Source: a virus
Taxonomy: Duplodnaviria > Heunggongvirae > Uroviricota > Caudoviricetes
Virus record (IMG/VR): IMGVR_UViG_2974602345_000001
Location: 77,332-141,331 of that record
Length of the DNA stretch: 64,000 bases
Strand: one strand, 5' to 3'
Both the position numbers and the translations under genes were made by a program. Positions 35,990-44,320 of the stretch are shown one piece after another. The notes under the pieces were generated by a model that was given only the letters and a program-made list of their open reading frames with translations, searched no databases and was not told where the DNA came from. Numbering within the stretch: the stretch's first letter is position 1; every line of letters starts with the position of its first letter.

Positions 35990-36265
35990 TCATTCTGGTA
36001 CGCGGTAGTCAAGGTCGATGCCGCCCTCGTACCGTGGAACCGACTTGTCAAGCGCACGCTCCAGGGCGCAGGGCAAGCGCGCCAGGCTGTCGAACATTTC
36101 GTAGTTCTTGACACCCAGAAGCTTTTGGCCTGCGCGCTCGACGATGCTGGCATCGCCAATATCCTGGCCTTCCATCCACTCGCTGACGTCCTCAGCCTTG
36201 ACTTCAGTGTAGCCAGCGGCGTTGAACAGCTTGGCCAGGTTGGTGCTGAATTCTTCGTGTTCCAT
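35990..36265 (-). CDS. Hypothetical protein (about 92 aa)
   Basis: Start moved to MEHEEF, which has an AAGAGG ribosome-binding site 10 nt upstream. Confidence 0.4.
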   Translation of the reverse strand: MEHEEFSTNLAKLFNAAGYTEVKAEDVSEWMEGQDIGDASIVERAGQKLLGVKNYEMFDSLARLPCALERALDKSVPRYEGGIDLDYRVPE

Positions 36266-36349
36266 GATGTAGTACCTCTTCACTGTGTGTTTGTGTGCTA
36301 TGGGCGTATATTATGGTAATGTGACACCCGTGTCAAGCACTGAAACACA

Positions 36350-36376
36350 AAAAAGGCGCCGAAGCGCCTTTTTCTT
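36350..36376 (-). terminator. Intrinsic terminator (AAAAAGGCGC-CGAA-GCGCCTTTTT), bidirectional in shape
   Basis: It lies immediately 3' of the thyX stop. Confidence 0.6.
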
Positions 36377-37330
36377 TTACTGCTGGTGAACGTACTTCGT
36401 ACACACGTGGTTTGGAATCAGCTGTCGATGCTGCCTCCAGCCCTTGAAGTTGCCCGAGCAGAACTCACCATAGCGGTTCATGTGCGTGACACCTTCCTCC
36501 CACGCAAAGCTACCATCGGCGTTCGAGCTCTGGTTGAACAGTTCGATCGTCCAGGTTGGCTGAGTGATAGGAGTGGCTTGGTGTTCGAACGGCGAGGCGT
36601 GCACCTTAACGGCACCCACCAGGCGCTCGTACAGGGCGCAGGCTTTCTCGAGGCTGTCATCGGACTTGCGGTACGACACCTGGGCACTGCACGACGAGCT
36701 GATCTTCAGTGCTTCGTCCAGGGTATGGCCATGAGCATCGAGACCAGTTTCATCATCCACACAGGACCAGAAGCCGTCGAAGTAGTACGGAACGTGCCAC
36801 TCGCCTGGCAGCAGCTGATGAGGCTTGCTTTCCTCGTATGCGGACCACATGACCATTGCCAGGACGTTGATAGTCGGGTCAGCCATTTCGTCATAGCGCA
36901 GGTGGAACCAGTTGTCATACGAAGTGGCAGTCACTACCACCTTGATGTTCTGAGCGAACTCAGTACCACGGTTGGCAACCTGCTTGTGGTAGCCCGCATC
37001 AGCGAAGCCCTGGCTGAACTTGGCAGCGCTGGTAGCCATCAGGCGCCACCATTCCTGCGGAGTGTAGCCGTTGATCAGTTCGAAGTGCTCACCCGCATCT
37101 TGCATACCGCTCTGGTTCTTGCCGAAGTGAACCGGCATGGCAGGATCAGCAATGACCCGGGCCAGGATGTCTTTGGTAGGGATGGCTCGCGAACTGGCTG
37201 CATTGCGAGAAAACTCACGGTGGGTCATGAGCTCGCTATGAACGATCCGTGGATAGTCCAGTTCAAATGTGGTGATGCGTACACCAGACGGGCTGATCGA
37301 GTCAGCAATGATTTCAGCGGTAATAGCCAA
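36377..37330 (-). CDS. thyX: Flavin-dependent thymidylate synthase ThyX
   Basis: The ThyX signature RHRxxxxxxxS is present as HSELMTHREFSRNAASSRA. Protein length is 317 aa. Confidence 0.8.
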   Translation of the reverse strand: MAITAEIIADSISPSGVRITTFELDYPRIVHSELMTHREFSRNAASSRAIPTKDILARVIADPAMPVHFGKNQSGMQDAGEHFELINGYTPQEWWRLMATSAAKFSQGFADAGYHKQVANRGTEFAQNIKVVVTATSYDNWFHLRYDEMADPTINVLAMVMWSAYEESKPHQLLPGEWHVPYYFDGFWSCVDDETGLDAHGHTLDEALKISSSCSAQVSYRKSDDSLEKACALYERLVGAVKVHASPFEHQATPITQPTWTIELFNQSSNADGSFAWEEGVTHMNRYGEFCSGNFKGWRQHRQLIPNHVCTKYVHQQ

Positions 37331-37336
37331 TGTTAG

Positions 37337-37702
37337 TTACTCACCATTGTGGAGTTGATGTTGTGTCCAGGCTTCTTCGCCCAAACGATCTTCTACTTCA
37401 TCTTGAAGAAGCGGTTGATGACCATCTTCGCCCAGAAGAGGCTCGGGTTCTTCTGCAAAGAATTTCTTGCGATGAAGAATGCCTTCGACCCGCCAAATTT
37501 TGTCAACAGCCTCTTCGCGAGAATACTTACGGCCCAGTTCATCGGAAAATTCCGCTGGGTTGATGGGCGCGCTTTCACCCGTGACATAGTAACCACCCTT
37601 CGTGTAGAGGATACAGACCATGAAGCGTTCACCGCGAACGATGTACTCTTCGCTCAGGATTTGGCTTTCAATCCACTCTCGAGAAAGTTTCTTGCTAGCC
37701 AT
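37337..37702 (-). CDS. Hypothetical protein (121 aa)
   Basis: It lies in an operon with thyX and the glutaredoxin gene. Confidence 0.4.
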   Translation of the reverse strand: MASKKLSREWIESQILSEEYIVRGERFMVCILYTKGGYYVTGESAPINPAEFSDELGRKYSREEAVDKIWRVEGILHRKKFFAEEPEPLLGEDGHQPLLQDEVEDRLGEEAWTQHQLHNGE

Positions 37703-37976
37703 TCAGCTGCTCCACTATAACACCTTGAGCAGTTCCGAGCGACTCAAATTTCTTCTTGAGGTCCTGGAAGCCACCCACATATGAAGTGAGGCCTTCACTT
37801 GTGATGAAGATTTGCGGAACGGACGAAATAGGACGTCCAACCATCTCCTGGAGTTGTTCTTTCTGGATGTCGACGCCGACGGTCTTGTAGTCAGTGTCGA
37901 CGCCCCGCTGATTGCACAGCTGGAGGGCTTGTTTGCAGAAGGTGCAGCTTGGCGTGCCATAGATCAGTACTTTCAT
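37695..37976 (-). CDS. Glutaredoxin (NrdC/NrdH-like)
   Basis: MKVLIYGTPSCTFCKQA carries the CxxC active site in a thioredoxin-fold context. Confidence 0.65.
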   Translation of the reverse strand: MKVLIYGTPSCTFCKQALQLCNQRGVDTDYKTVGVDIQKEQLQEMVGRPISSVPQIFITSEGLTSYVGGFQDLKKKFESLGTAQGVIVEQLNG

Positions 37977-38290
37977 TCGTTCTCCGGTTCATCTGTTTTG
38001 TCGAGTGCGTCTGCCAGTTGTTTAGTGGCCTCGTAATCTGGCTTGACGAGGGTGACCGAAACCTGGATCTCGGTCTTGTCGATCAAGTTTATCAGTGCAT
38101 CCACCGAGAACTTGTCTACTTTCATGCGCATCAGATCGCTCATGCGCGGTTGTGTGATGCCCAGCAGCTTGGCCGAGTCGGCTTGCTGGTACTCCCAGGC
38201 GTTGATTTCAGCGACCAGTGCGTTCATGAGAATGACGCGCATGCGCAGGTTGGCTTGGTTGAATTCGTCAATGTTCAGCGGGGTAGTCAT
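37973..38290 (-). CDS. XRE-family helix-turn-helix DNA-binding protein (antitoxin-like architecture)
   Basis: QADSAKLLGITQPRMSDLMRMKVDKFSVDALINLI is a canonical XRE HTH. Confidence 0.55.
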   Translation of the reverse strand: MTTPLNIDEFNQANLRMRVILMNALVAEINAWEYQQADSAKLLGITQPRMSDLMRMKVDKFSVDALINLIDKTEIQVSVTLVKPDYEATKQLADALDKTDEPENE

Positions 38291-38556
38291 CAGTTTTCCT
38301 CATCGGGCAGGGAGATGTAGCACATCTCAGGTTCGAACTGTTTGGTTTTGAACTCAACATGGTAGCCAAGCTCACGCATTCTGTGCACGAAGTCGCGCCG
38401 CTCCCATCCACGATTGTCAAGCTTGTAGGGCGGGTATGCTATAGTTTTCCCTGAGCTTTCACGAAACATTTCGAGTATGATGTCAGCCAACCACGCCTCA
38501 ATGCCTACGCATTGTTTGAATTCGTTGAGCTTTTCGCGCATCTCTTTAGCGTTCAT
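38290..38556 (-). CDS. Hypothetical protein (88 aa), translationally coupled upstream partner of the HTH protein
   Basis: The ATG overlaps the preceding stop (ATGA), and its own stop overlaps the HTH gene start. Confidence 0.4.
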   Translation of the reverse strand: MNAKEMREKLNEFKQCVGIEAWLADIILEMFRESSGKTIAYPPYKLDNRGWERRDFVHRMRELGYHVEFKTKQFEPEMCYISLPDEEN

Positions 38557-38759
38557 GGCTGCACCAACACGATAGCAAATGGGCAAATTTTAGTGCCGTA
38601 CCACAGAGCTGCAGCACCCAGTCCAACAGGGATCAAGCCACCATAGCTAGGCTTGCCGTTGTAGTTAGGGGCAATGAACAACCAGCCCAGACCGATGACC
38701 ACGAGGACTAGACCGACCAGTGAAACCACCAGCCAACCGATGAATGCACCTACTAGCAT
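38553..38759 (-). CDS. Small membrane protein (68 aa)
   Basis: An AAGGAG ribosome-binding site. Hydrophobic sequence MLVGAFIGWLVVSLVGLVLVVIGLGWLFI. Confidence 0.4.
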   Translation of the reverse strand: MLVGAFIGWLVVSLVGLVLVVIGLGWLFIAPNYNGKPSYGGLIPVGLGAAALWYGTKICPFAIVLVQP

Positions 38760-39127
38760 TGAGTAGCTCCTTGAGCGTTGAGAATACGGCGCATGCGCCG
38801 TGTGGAGTGGGTGTCTGGGCCTGACGTACCGAGTGCTTGCTCGATCTTGTGCAAAATGGCGCATGCGCCGTCTGCAATACCTTCACCCAGCGGCAGAGCC
38901 TCGATCCAGTTGGCGACTTCATTCATCAAGGTTTCAAACTCATTGACATACTCAAGCTGAGTGTCAGGAGTGGCCTTGATGAACGCATCGTATTCAGCAC
39001 GACGGTTCTTCTCAACACTTTCGATGAAGTAGTGATACGGAACTACCGCACGAAGTTGATCTTCGGTCATGCGAGTTGGCATCAACTTGTAGCCGTCAGG
39101 TATTTTGATCGTCTTGGTATTGCTCAT
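38753..39127 (-). CDS. Hypothetical protein (124 aa)
   Basis: A GAGGTG ribosome-binding site 6 nt upstream of the ATG. Confidence 0.4.
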   Translation of the reverse strand: MSNTKTIKIPDGYKLMPTRMTEDQLRAVVPYHYFIESVEKNRRAEYDAFIKATPDTQLEYVNEFETLMNEVANWIEALPLGEGIADGACAILHKIEQALGTSGPDTHSTRRMRRILNAQGATQC

Positions 39128-39140
39128 ACACACCTCAAAT

Positions 39141-39172
39141 AAAAGCCCGGAGGGCGTTAACCTACCGGGCTA
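39141..39172 (-). terminator. Intrinsic terminator after nrdB (AGCCCGG-loop-CCGGGCT followed by TTTTATTTG on the minus strand)
   Basis: A 7-bp GC stem plus U-run on the transcribed strand. Confidence 0.5.
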
Positions 39173-39201
39173 TGATACATCGCTTGGTTTGAACTTGTCA
39201 A

Positions 39202-40290
39202 TTAGAAGTTGGTGTCGAGCTCATCTTCTTTGACGTTCATATCCAGGTTACCAGTCTGGTATTGCAGGATGGTTTCTTCCTGTGGCGCAGGCTGGTCGTC
39301 GTCGCCAGTTTCGTTCAAGAACTTCCGCATGTACGGGATAGGCTCACGAGACGGAACAGGGAAGTTCGGCTCAACACCGTTGCGGCGCATGCACTTGCCG
39401 ACGTGGAACTGCAGGTAGCTGATGAGTTCGTCCTTCGTCAGACCCACGATAGGCCCTTTGATGAACAGATACTCAATCCACTCCATCTCCTGGTTGTAGA
39501 CGTTGTACAGGATCCGGGCAACTTCATCCTTGCATTCAACTGCAATGCGAGCGAAGTCTTCGTCCTCTTTGACAATTGTCTTGAGCACGAACTGAGTGAA
39601 GCCACAGTGGAATGCCTCATCCTGACGAATCAGGGTAACGATCTCACCCGAGCCTTTCATCTTGCCACGGTTAGCGAAGGAGAAGGTGCAGGCAAAGCTG
39701 ACGTGGAAGCGGATCTGCTCCAGGGCGTTCACAGCAACCATGCACAGGTAGAAGGCTTTCTTGGTGCGGTAGTCGCCGTAATCGTACTCTTTGATGCAGC
39801 GCAGGAGCTCGTCGTAGTAACGGCTGATCTCGTCCGAACACTCAGCGATCTCACGGATCTCCTTCATGGTGTCGTAGATTTCAGAGGCATCAGCGTAGAC
39901 GTTCTCGATGATGTGCGTGTAGCTGGCCGAGTGGATGCCTTCGTAGAAGTTCCACGCGTTGATGAATGCCTCAGCCCACGAGTCAGACACGATAGGCAGG
40001 AAGCACAGCGCAGGTGCACGACCTTGCAGGCTGTCCAGGAGAATCTGGCGTTTCAGGTTCGACGAGAAAACGTGCTTGTCGGCATCAGTGAAGTCAAGGT
40101 AGTCCGACTTGTCTTGCATCAAGTTGACTTCGGTCGGACGCCAGTAGTTGGCGAGCTGGTTTTCGGTCAGCTTCTTGACGATTGGGTACTTGACTTGGTC
40201 ATACCGCTGGATGTCAACGGTGCCCTTCTCGTCAAAGAACATCTTGGGACGGTAGGTACCATCCACATCACGGAAATACAGAACAGACAT
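39202..40290 (-). CDS. nrdB: Ribonucleotide reductase class Ia small subunit NrdB
   Basis: Iron-ligand and tyrosyl-radical region motifs (SDSWAEAF, IRQDEAFHC) are present. The acidic C-terminal tail typical of beta-subunits is also present. Confidence 0.85.
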   Translation of the reverse strand: MSVLYFRDVDGTYRPKMFFDEKGTVDIQRYDQVKYPIVKKLTENQLANYWRPTEVNLMQDKSDYLDFTDADKHVFSSNLKRQILLDSLQGRAPALCFLPIVSDSWAEAFINAWNFYEGIHSASYTHIIENVYADASEIYDTMKEIREIAECSDEISRYYDELLRCIKEYDYGDYRTKKAFYLCMVAVNALEQIRFHVSFACTFSFANRGKMKGSGEIVTLIRQDEAFHCGFTQFVLKTIVKEDEDFARIAVECKDEVARILYNVYNQEMEWIEYLFIKGPIVGLTKDELISYLQFHVGKCMRRNGVEPNFPVPSREPIPYMRKFLNETGDDDQPAPQEETILQYQTGNLDMNVKEDELDTNF

Positions 40291-40308
40291 TGCAACTCCT
40301 AGGGGAAG

Positions 40309-40328
40309 GGCCGGCTGTTACACCGGCC
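40309..40328 (-). other. GGCCGG-loop-CCGGCC hairpin in the nrdA-nrdB intercistronic spacer
   Basis: A 6-bp GC stem without a U-run, immediately 5' of the nrdB AGGAG ribosome-binding site. Confidence 0.35.
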
Positions 40329-40336
40329 AAGATTGA

Positions 40337-42619
40337 TTAGATGACGCAGGACGGACACGAAGCCTCTTCATCCTGTACCACTTCTTCGACTACCTCAGGC
40401 TCGTCATTCTCAGCCTTGATAACCTTGCGGTTGTTGTGGTAGTAGCCCGTCTTCAAGCCAAGCTTGTAGATCAGGGTGATGTCGTTGAGGATCTGGGTCA
40501 CTGGCACCTTGTTGTCAGGATACTTAGTGTTGTCGTAGCGGGTGTTCAGCGAGATCGCCTGGTCCATGCGTTTCTGCATGATGCCAGAGATCTTGATGTA
40601 ACCGTGCAGGTCAACATCCCATTCGGTCTGGTACTTGTTCTTGAGGCGATCAAACTCAGGCACCACGAACTTGGTGCGACCCTTGGCGACGATCAGGTTG
40701 CGGACAGGTTCCCCACCATTGGTGAGGTTCTTGACCCGCGACGAGGTCTCGGACGGCATATTACACATCAGGGTTGCGTTGCGAGTACCACCAGCCTTGA
40801 TCATGCGCTCACGCAGTTCGCCCCACGGCATGCGCTCAACGTGCGGGATGACTTCGTCGATGCCTTTCTTACGGACATCGTGGGGGAAGATCCCTTGAGC
40901 GTACTTGGTGTTGTAAGCTTTGCTGCATGGGCCGTACATTTCAGCCAGCTCAACCGACGCCAGGGTCAGGTAGTAAGCCATTGCTTCCATGTATTCGTCG
41001 ATGACCTCAAACGCGCCCTCGTCGTACTTCAGACCGCGCTTGGCGAGGAAGTAGGCCAGGTTGTTCACACCGATACCCAGAGGACGGTACCAGTCAGTGC
41101 TGTTCTTGGCTGCAGGCACCATGTACGGCTGATAGTCCAGCAGTGCATCGAGTGCATAGACAGCCAGGCGGCAAGGCTTCTCGAAGTCCGAAGGCTTCTT
41201 GATAGCACCCCAGTTGATAGCCGACAGGTTGCACAGGCTGATCAGCGCATTGATGTCGTCGATGGTCAACAGTGGGATGGTAGGCAGGGTCACTTCAGTG
41301 CACAGGTTCGACATCTTGATAGGAGCGTTGGCAGCAACGAAGCTACCTTGCTCGTTCGAGTTGTCGACGAAGTGGAAGTAGATGCGCGAAGTGGAAGAGC
41401 GCTCGTTGGCGAACAGGTCACGGATGACAGCACCGTTCAGCACGCGACGGGTCTTGGTCTCATCCTTCTCGTACAGCTCGTACAGACGAGCGAACTCAGC
41501 CTGGTCAGCGCAGAACGCTTGCTGGAGGTCTGGCACTTCTTCTGGCGAGAACAGAGTGATATCCTGACGCAGGAGGATACGCTTCCACAGGTAGCCGTTC
41601 ATGTTGAACGCATGGTCTGCATGGCGGATGCGGGTCTCTTCGGTACCTTTGTTGTTCTTGAGGACCAACAGCGACTTGACGTCGAGGTGCCAAATGTTGT
41701 GGTAGTAAGTTTCACTACCTTTGCGGATACCGCCTTGGCTGCAAGCACCGACGATTGCACGAGTTGCTTGCGAGAAGCCGATAGGGCCGGTAGTAACCAC
41801 TTCACCACCGCGAACGGGCTGCTTGTCAGCGCGCAGGTTGAAGACGCCCAGGCCGATGCCCGCCTTGTTGGTTGCATACTTCAACACAGCCAGGTAGGTA
41901 GCACCGATGGAGTCAATGGAGTCGCCCATCTCGATCAGGGTGCAGCTTGCGCCTTGCGGGCTTGGCGTGCGGATCGAAGCAGCAATAGGGCTTGGAATGG
42001 TGATGCCGCTGTTGTCAGCGCTGAGTTCGGTGTAGTAGTCCTTCACCATCACCAAGCCCATCTTCTCGACGTACTTGTGCATCAGTACAGCCGATACCAG
42101 GAGGTAGGCTACCTGAGGGGTCTCCTTGAACTCCTTGGTCTTGCGGTTCTGGACCAGGTACTTGTCCATCCACTCACGAGCGCCCGAGATGCGGAAATCG
42201 AAGTCACGATCGTGCTTCAGGAAACTTTCGATCTTGGCCCACTGTTCTGGGGTGTACAGATCAAGCAGCTCTTTGTGGTACCATCCATCCTTGATGTTCT
42301 TCTCGATGATGCTCATGAGGGATGGGACTTGGAAGTCACCATAGACCTCTTTACGCAGCGCCAACATCGCCAGACGACCCGCCACCAAATCATAGTTTGG
42401 ATAGCTTTCGGAGATGAGCTCGTGCGCCGAGTCGATCAGCGAGTTGTGGAGGTCGGAGGTCTTCATGCCATCGTAGAACTTCAGCCCGGCTTGAGCTTCG
42501 ATCTCAGATGGTGAGACGTTGTTGACCCCTTCACATGCCCAGACAAGCACCTTGTGGATCTTGTTGATGTCTAGCAGTTCACGACTGCCATTACGTTTGA
42601 TGAGGTAGATCTCTTTCAT
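40337..42619 (-). CDS. nrdA: Ribonucleotide reductase class Ia large subunit NrdA
   Basis: A 760-aa protein with an N-terminal ATP-cone (VIKRNGSRE..), active-site cysteines, and a C-terminal CxxC tail (SCPSCVI). Confidence 0.9.
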   Translation of the reverse strand: MKEIYLIKRNGSRELLDINKIHKVLVWACEGVNNVSPSEIEAQAGLKFYDGMKTSDLHNSLIDSAHELISESYPNYDLVAGRLAMLALRKEVYGDFQVPSLMSIIEKNIKDGWYHKELLDLYTPEQWAKIESFLKHDRDFDFRISGAREWMDKYLVQNRKTKEFKETPQVAYLLVSAVLMHKYVEKMGLVMVKDYYTELSADNSGITIPSPIAASIRTPSPQGASCTLIEMGDSIDSIGATYLAVLKYATNKAGIGLGVFNLRADKQPVRGGEVVTTGPIGFSQATRAIVGACSQGGIRKGSETYYHNIWHLDVKSLLVLKNNKGTEETRIRHADHAFNMNGYLWKRILLRQDITLFSPEEVPDLQQAFCADQAEFARLYELYEKDETKTRRVLNGAVIRDLFANERSSTSRIYFHFVDNSNEQGSFVAANAPIKMSNLCTEVTLPTIPLLTIDDINALISLCNLSAINWGAIKKPSDFEKPCRLAVYALDALLDYQPYMVPAAKNSTDWYRPLGIGVNNLAYFLAKRGLKYDEGAFEVIDEYMEAMAYYLTLASVELAEMYGPCSKAYNTKYAQGIFPHDVRKKGIDEVIPHVERMPWGELRERMIKAGGTRNATLMCNMPSETSSRVKNLTNGGEPVRNLIVAKGRTKFVVPEFDRLKNKYQTEWDVDLHGYIKISGIMQKRMDQAISLNTRYDNTKYPDNKVPVTQILNDITLIYKLGLKTGYYHNNRKVIKAENDEPEVVEEVVQDEEASCPSCVI

Positions 42620-42629
42620 AACTTCGTTA

Positions 42630-43187
42630 TTACACCTTTAGGTCTGGGTTTGTTTGAAGATGGTGAACCATCGCAAACGAGTCAGTGATGTCTGCAATGG
42701 GGCTTTTGTCAGACGTTGAGTTTAACAGTTTCTCAAGGTCTACATCAAGGCCTTTATCAATGAACGCATCGTACATCTGTTCCTTCTTTGCGTTACCTTT
42801 GCCGGTGAAGGACTTCTTCACAGCAGTAGGCGCAGGAGTTACAAACTCGATACCCTCTTTCCACATCATATGCTTCAGAAGGCCAATGTTTTCAGCAATA
42901 TGGAAGATCCGGCCCTGGCTACCCATAGAGTAACCTTCAAGGCAAGCTTTCTTCACACCGTGTTTCTTGAGAATGGTCATTGCCCAAGTTGCAATGTTGT
43001 TGAAGCGCTCTTCGTCGCTGTTGAACAACGCAGCTTTGAAACCGTGGATGTTGCCGAACGACTGATCCCACTTCTTGTTATCGATGTGGAAGTAGAAGGT
43101 GCAGTTTTTGAACTCCAAGGGCAACTTGGTGTCATACACACAGATAGCAGGGCAAGTCATACTCCAGTCAAGTCCGGCGACGATCAT
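42630..43187 (-). CDS. RuvC-like (RNase H fold) putative Holliday-junction resolvase
   Basis: MIVAGLDWSMTCPAICVYD resembles RuvC motif I, and later acidic residues follow. The call is tentative. Confidence 0.35.
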   Translation of the reverse strand: MIVAGLDWSMTCPAICVYDTKLPLEFKNCTFYFHIDNKKWDQSFGNIHGFKAALFNSDEERFNNIATWAMTILKKHGVKKACLEGYSMGSQGRIFHIAENIGLLKHMMWKEGIEFVTPAPTAVKKSFTGKGNAKKEQMYDAFIDKGLDVDLEKLLNSTSDKSPIADITDSFAMVHHLQTNPDLKV

Positions 43188-43336
43188 TCATCGTCTCCTT
43201 CAACAGCTTCTTCACTTTCAATGGGCAGGGTGCAGAACGGGCAGCAGGACAGCTCTACGATGTCCTCTTCTTTGACAACCAGGATGTAGTGGATGTTGCA
43301 ATTCTTGCAGATGGTTTCTTTCTTGAGCAGTGACAT
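43184..43336 (-). CDS. Small zinc-ribbon protein (50 aa, two CxxC pairs)
   Basis: MSLLKKETICKNCNIHYILVVKEEDIVELSCCPFCTLPIE.. An AGGAGA ribosome-binding site lies 6 nt upstream. Its stop overlaps the next ATG. Confidence 0.35.
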   Translation of the reverse strand: MSLLKKETICKNCNIHYILVVKEEDIVELSCCPFCTLPIESEEAVEGDDE

Positions 43337-43341
43337 AGATG

Positions 43342-43386
43342 TCTCCTAGTGATAAACGATTGTTACATGCATTTATCACTAGGAGA
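43342..43386. promoter_or_regulatory. Perfect 15-bp inverted repeat (TCTCCTAGTGATAAA, 15-nt spacer, TTTATCACTAGGAGA) that covers the zinc-ribbon gene RBS
   Basis: A palindrome with no U-run. The right arm contains the AGGAGA Shine-Dalgarno. It could be an operator or an RBS-sequestering hairpin. Confidence 0.45.
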
Positions 43387-43395
43387 ATCAGTTGG

Positions 43396-43995
43396 TTACG
43401 CAGCTTCGCCGGCAGCCTTCTCTGCTTCAGCGCGCTCAGCGTTGATGATAGCAAAGCCCTTCTCCAGGCGTTCCTCCATCTCCTCTGACGACACATAGCA
43501 GTCAATGCCGCGCAGGATGTCGTTGACCTCAGCTTCAGTGAAGAATGGCTGATAGATGGAATGGGCCAGCTTGGCATAGACCTCAACGATGGCCTTGGCT
43601 TGCTGCAGGTTCTCGCTGAACTTCATGCCCGGGCTGGTCAGGCTACCGTCGTGGAACAGGAAGTGCGCGTGCGGGTAGACGTAAATCTGATGGCAAGCCA
43701 ACATGATGATTGTACCAGCACTTGCCACGCCAGCTTCTGCGTATCCAATCACATTCGCTTGGGTCCGCATGATTGCGTGAACAATCACGATGGCGGCCTC
43801 CATGTTACCGCCACCCGTTGCCAAGTGGAGATGGATGTTGTCGCCTGGTGCTGCGTGGTCCAGTTGGTAGATCAGATCACAATAGTCCTTTGTCTCACCG
43901 ATGTCGTCATAAAAGAAGAAGTGCATGTCCGGCTGGTTTTGAGGGGGTGCTGCGTACTGCGGAGGAGTGGTCGGCGCATGGAAGATTGGGTGCAT
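43396..43995 (-). CDS. ClpP-like serine protease (S14 family)
   Basis: IHLHLATGGGNMEAAIVIV matches ClpP IYLYINSPGGVITAGMSIY. A catalytic Ser context (GVASAGTII) and His context (FLFHDGS) are present. Confidence 0.55.
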   Translation of the reverse strand: MHPIFHAPTTPPQYAAPPQNQPDMHFFFYDDIGETKDYCDLIYQLDHAAPGDNIHLHLATGGGNMEAAIVIVHAIMRTQANVIGYAEAGVASAGTIIMLACHQIYVYPHAHFLFHDGSLTSPGMKFSENLQQAKAIVEVYAKLAHSIYQPFFTEAEVNDILRGIDCYVSSEEMEERLEKGFAIINAERAEAEKAAGEAA

Positions 43996-44020
43996 GGTTG
44001 GGTACTCCTAGGACTGTTGT

Positions 44021-44320
44021 TCACTTACTTAGTGAGGCTCTATCAGCTGCTATCTTCCTCCGTATCATATCAAAAACTTCCGCTGTCTTGTCGCGGGCGT
44101 CGTATTTGAACGACTCACCGCAGGTACCACAGTAGAACAGTATCACGTCACCCTGAGTGAGCCATTGAAGGTGCTCTTCAGGGTGACGGCAGCTCGCCTT
44201 CAAGTCAGCCAGTTTACGGACGAGCGCCATGCGCTCGTCCTCCAGCTTACCGATGGGTGTGGTTTTGAAGTGAGCGTAGTGTCGCTCATAATCAAGACCT
44301 TCTGGAATCATGCTCGCCAC
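44021..44320 (-). CDS. Hypothetical protein with a CxxC motif (99 aa)
   Basis: The motif is YCGTCGESF. Confidence 0.4.
   Translation of the reverse strand: MASMIPEGLDYERHYAHFKTTPIGKLEDERMALVRKLADLKASCRHPEEHLQWLTQGDVILFYCGTCGESFKYDARDKTAEVFDMIRRKIAADRASLSK

Noticed and set aside
40436-42514. A 692-aa plus-strand ORF
   Set aside because: Antisense to nrdA. The translation is rich in V/D/L/R/Q with no motifs.
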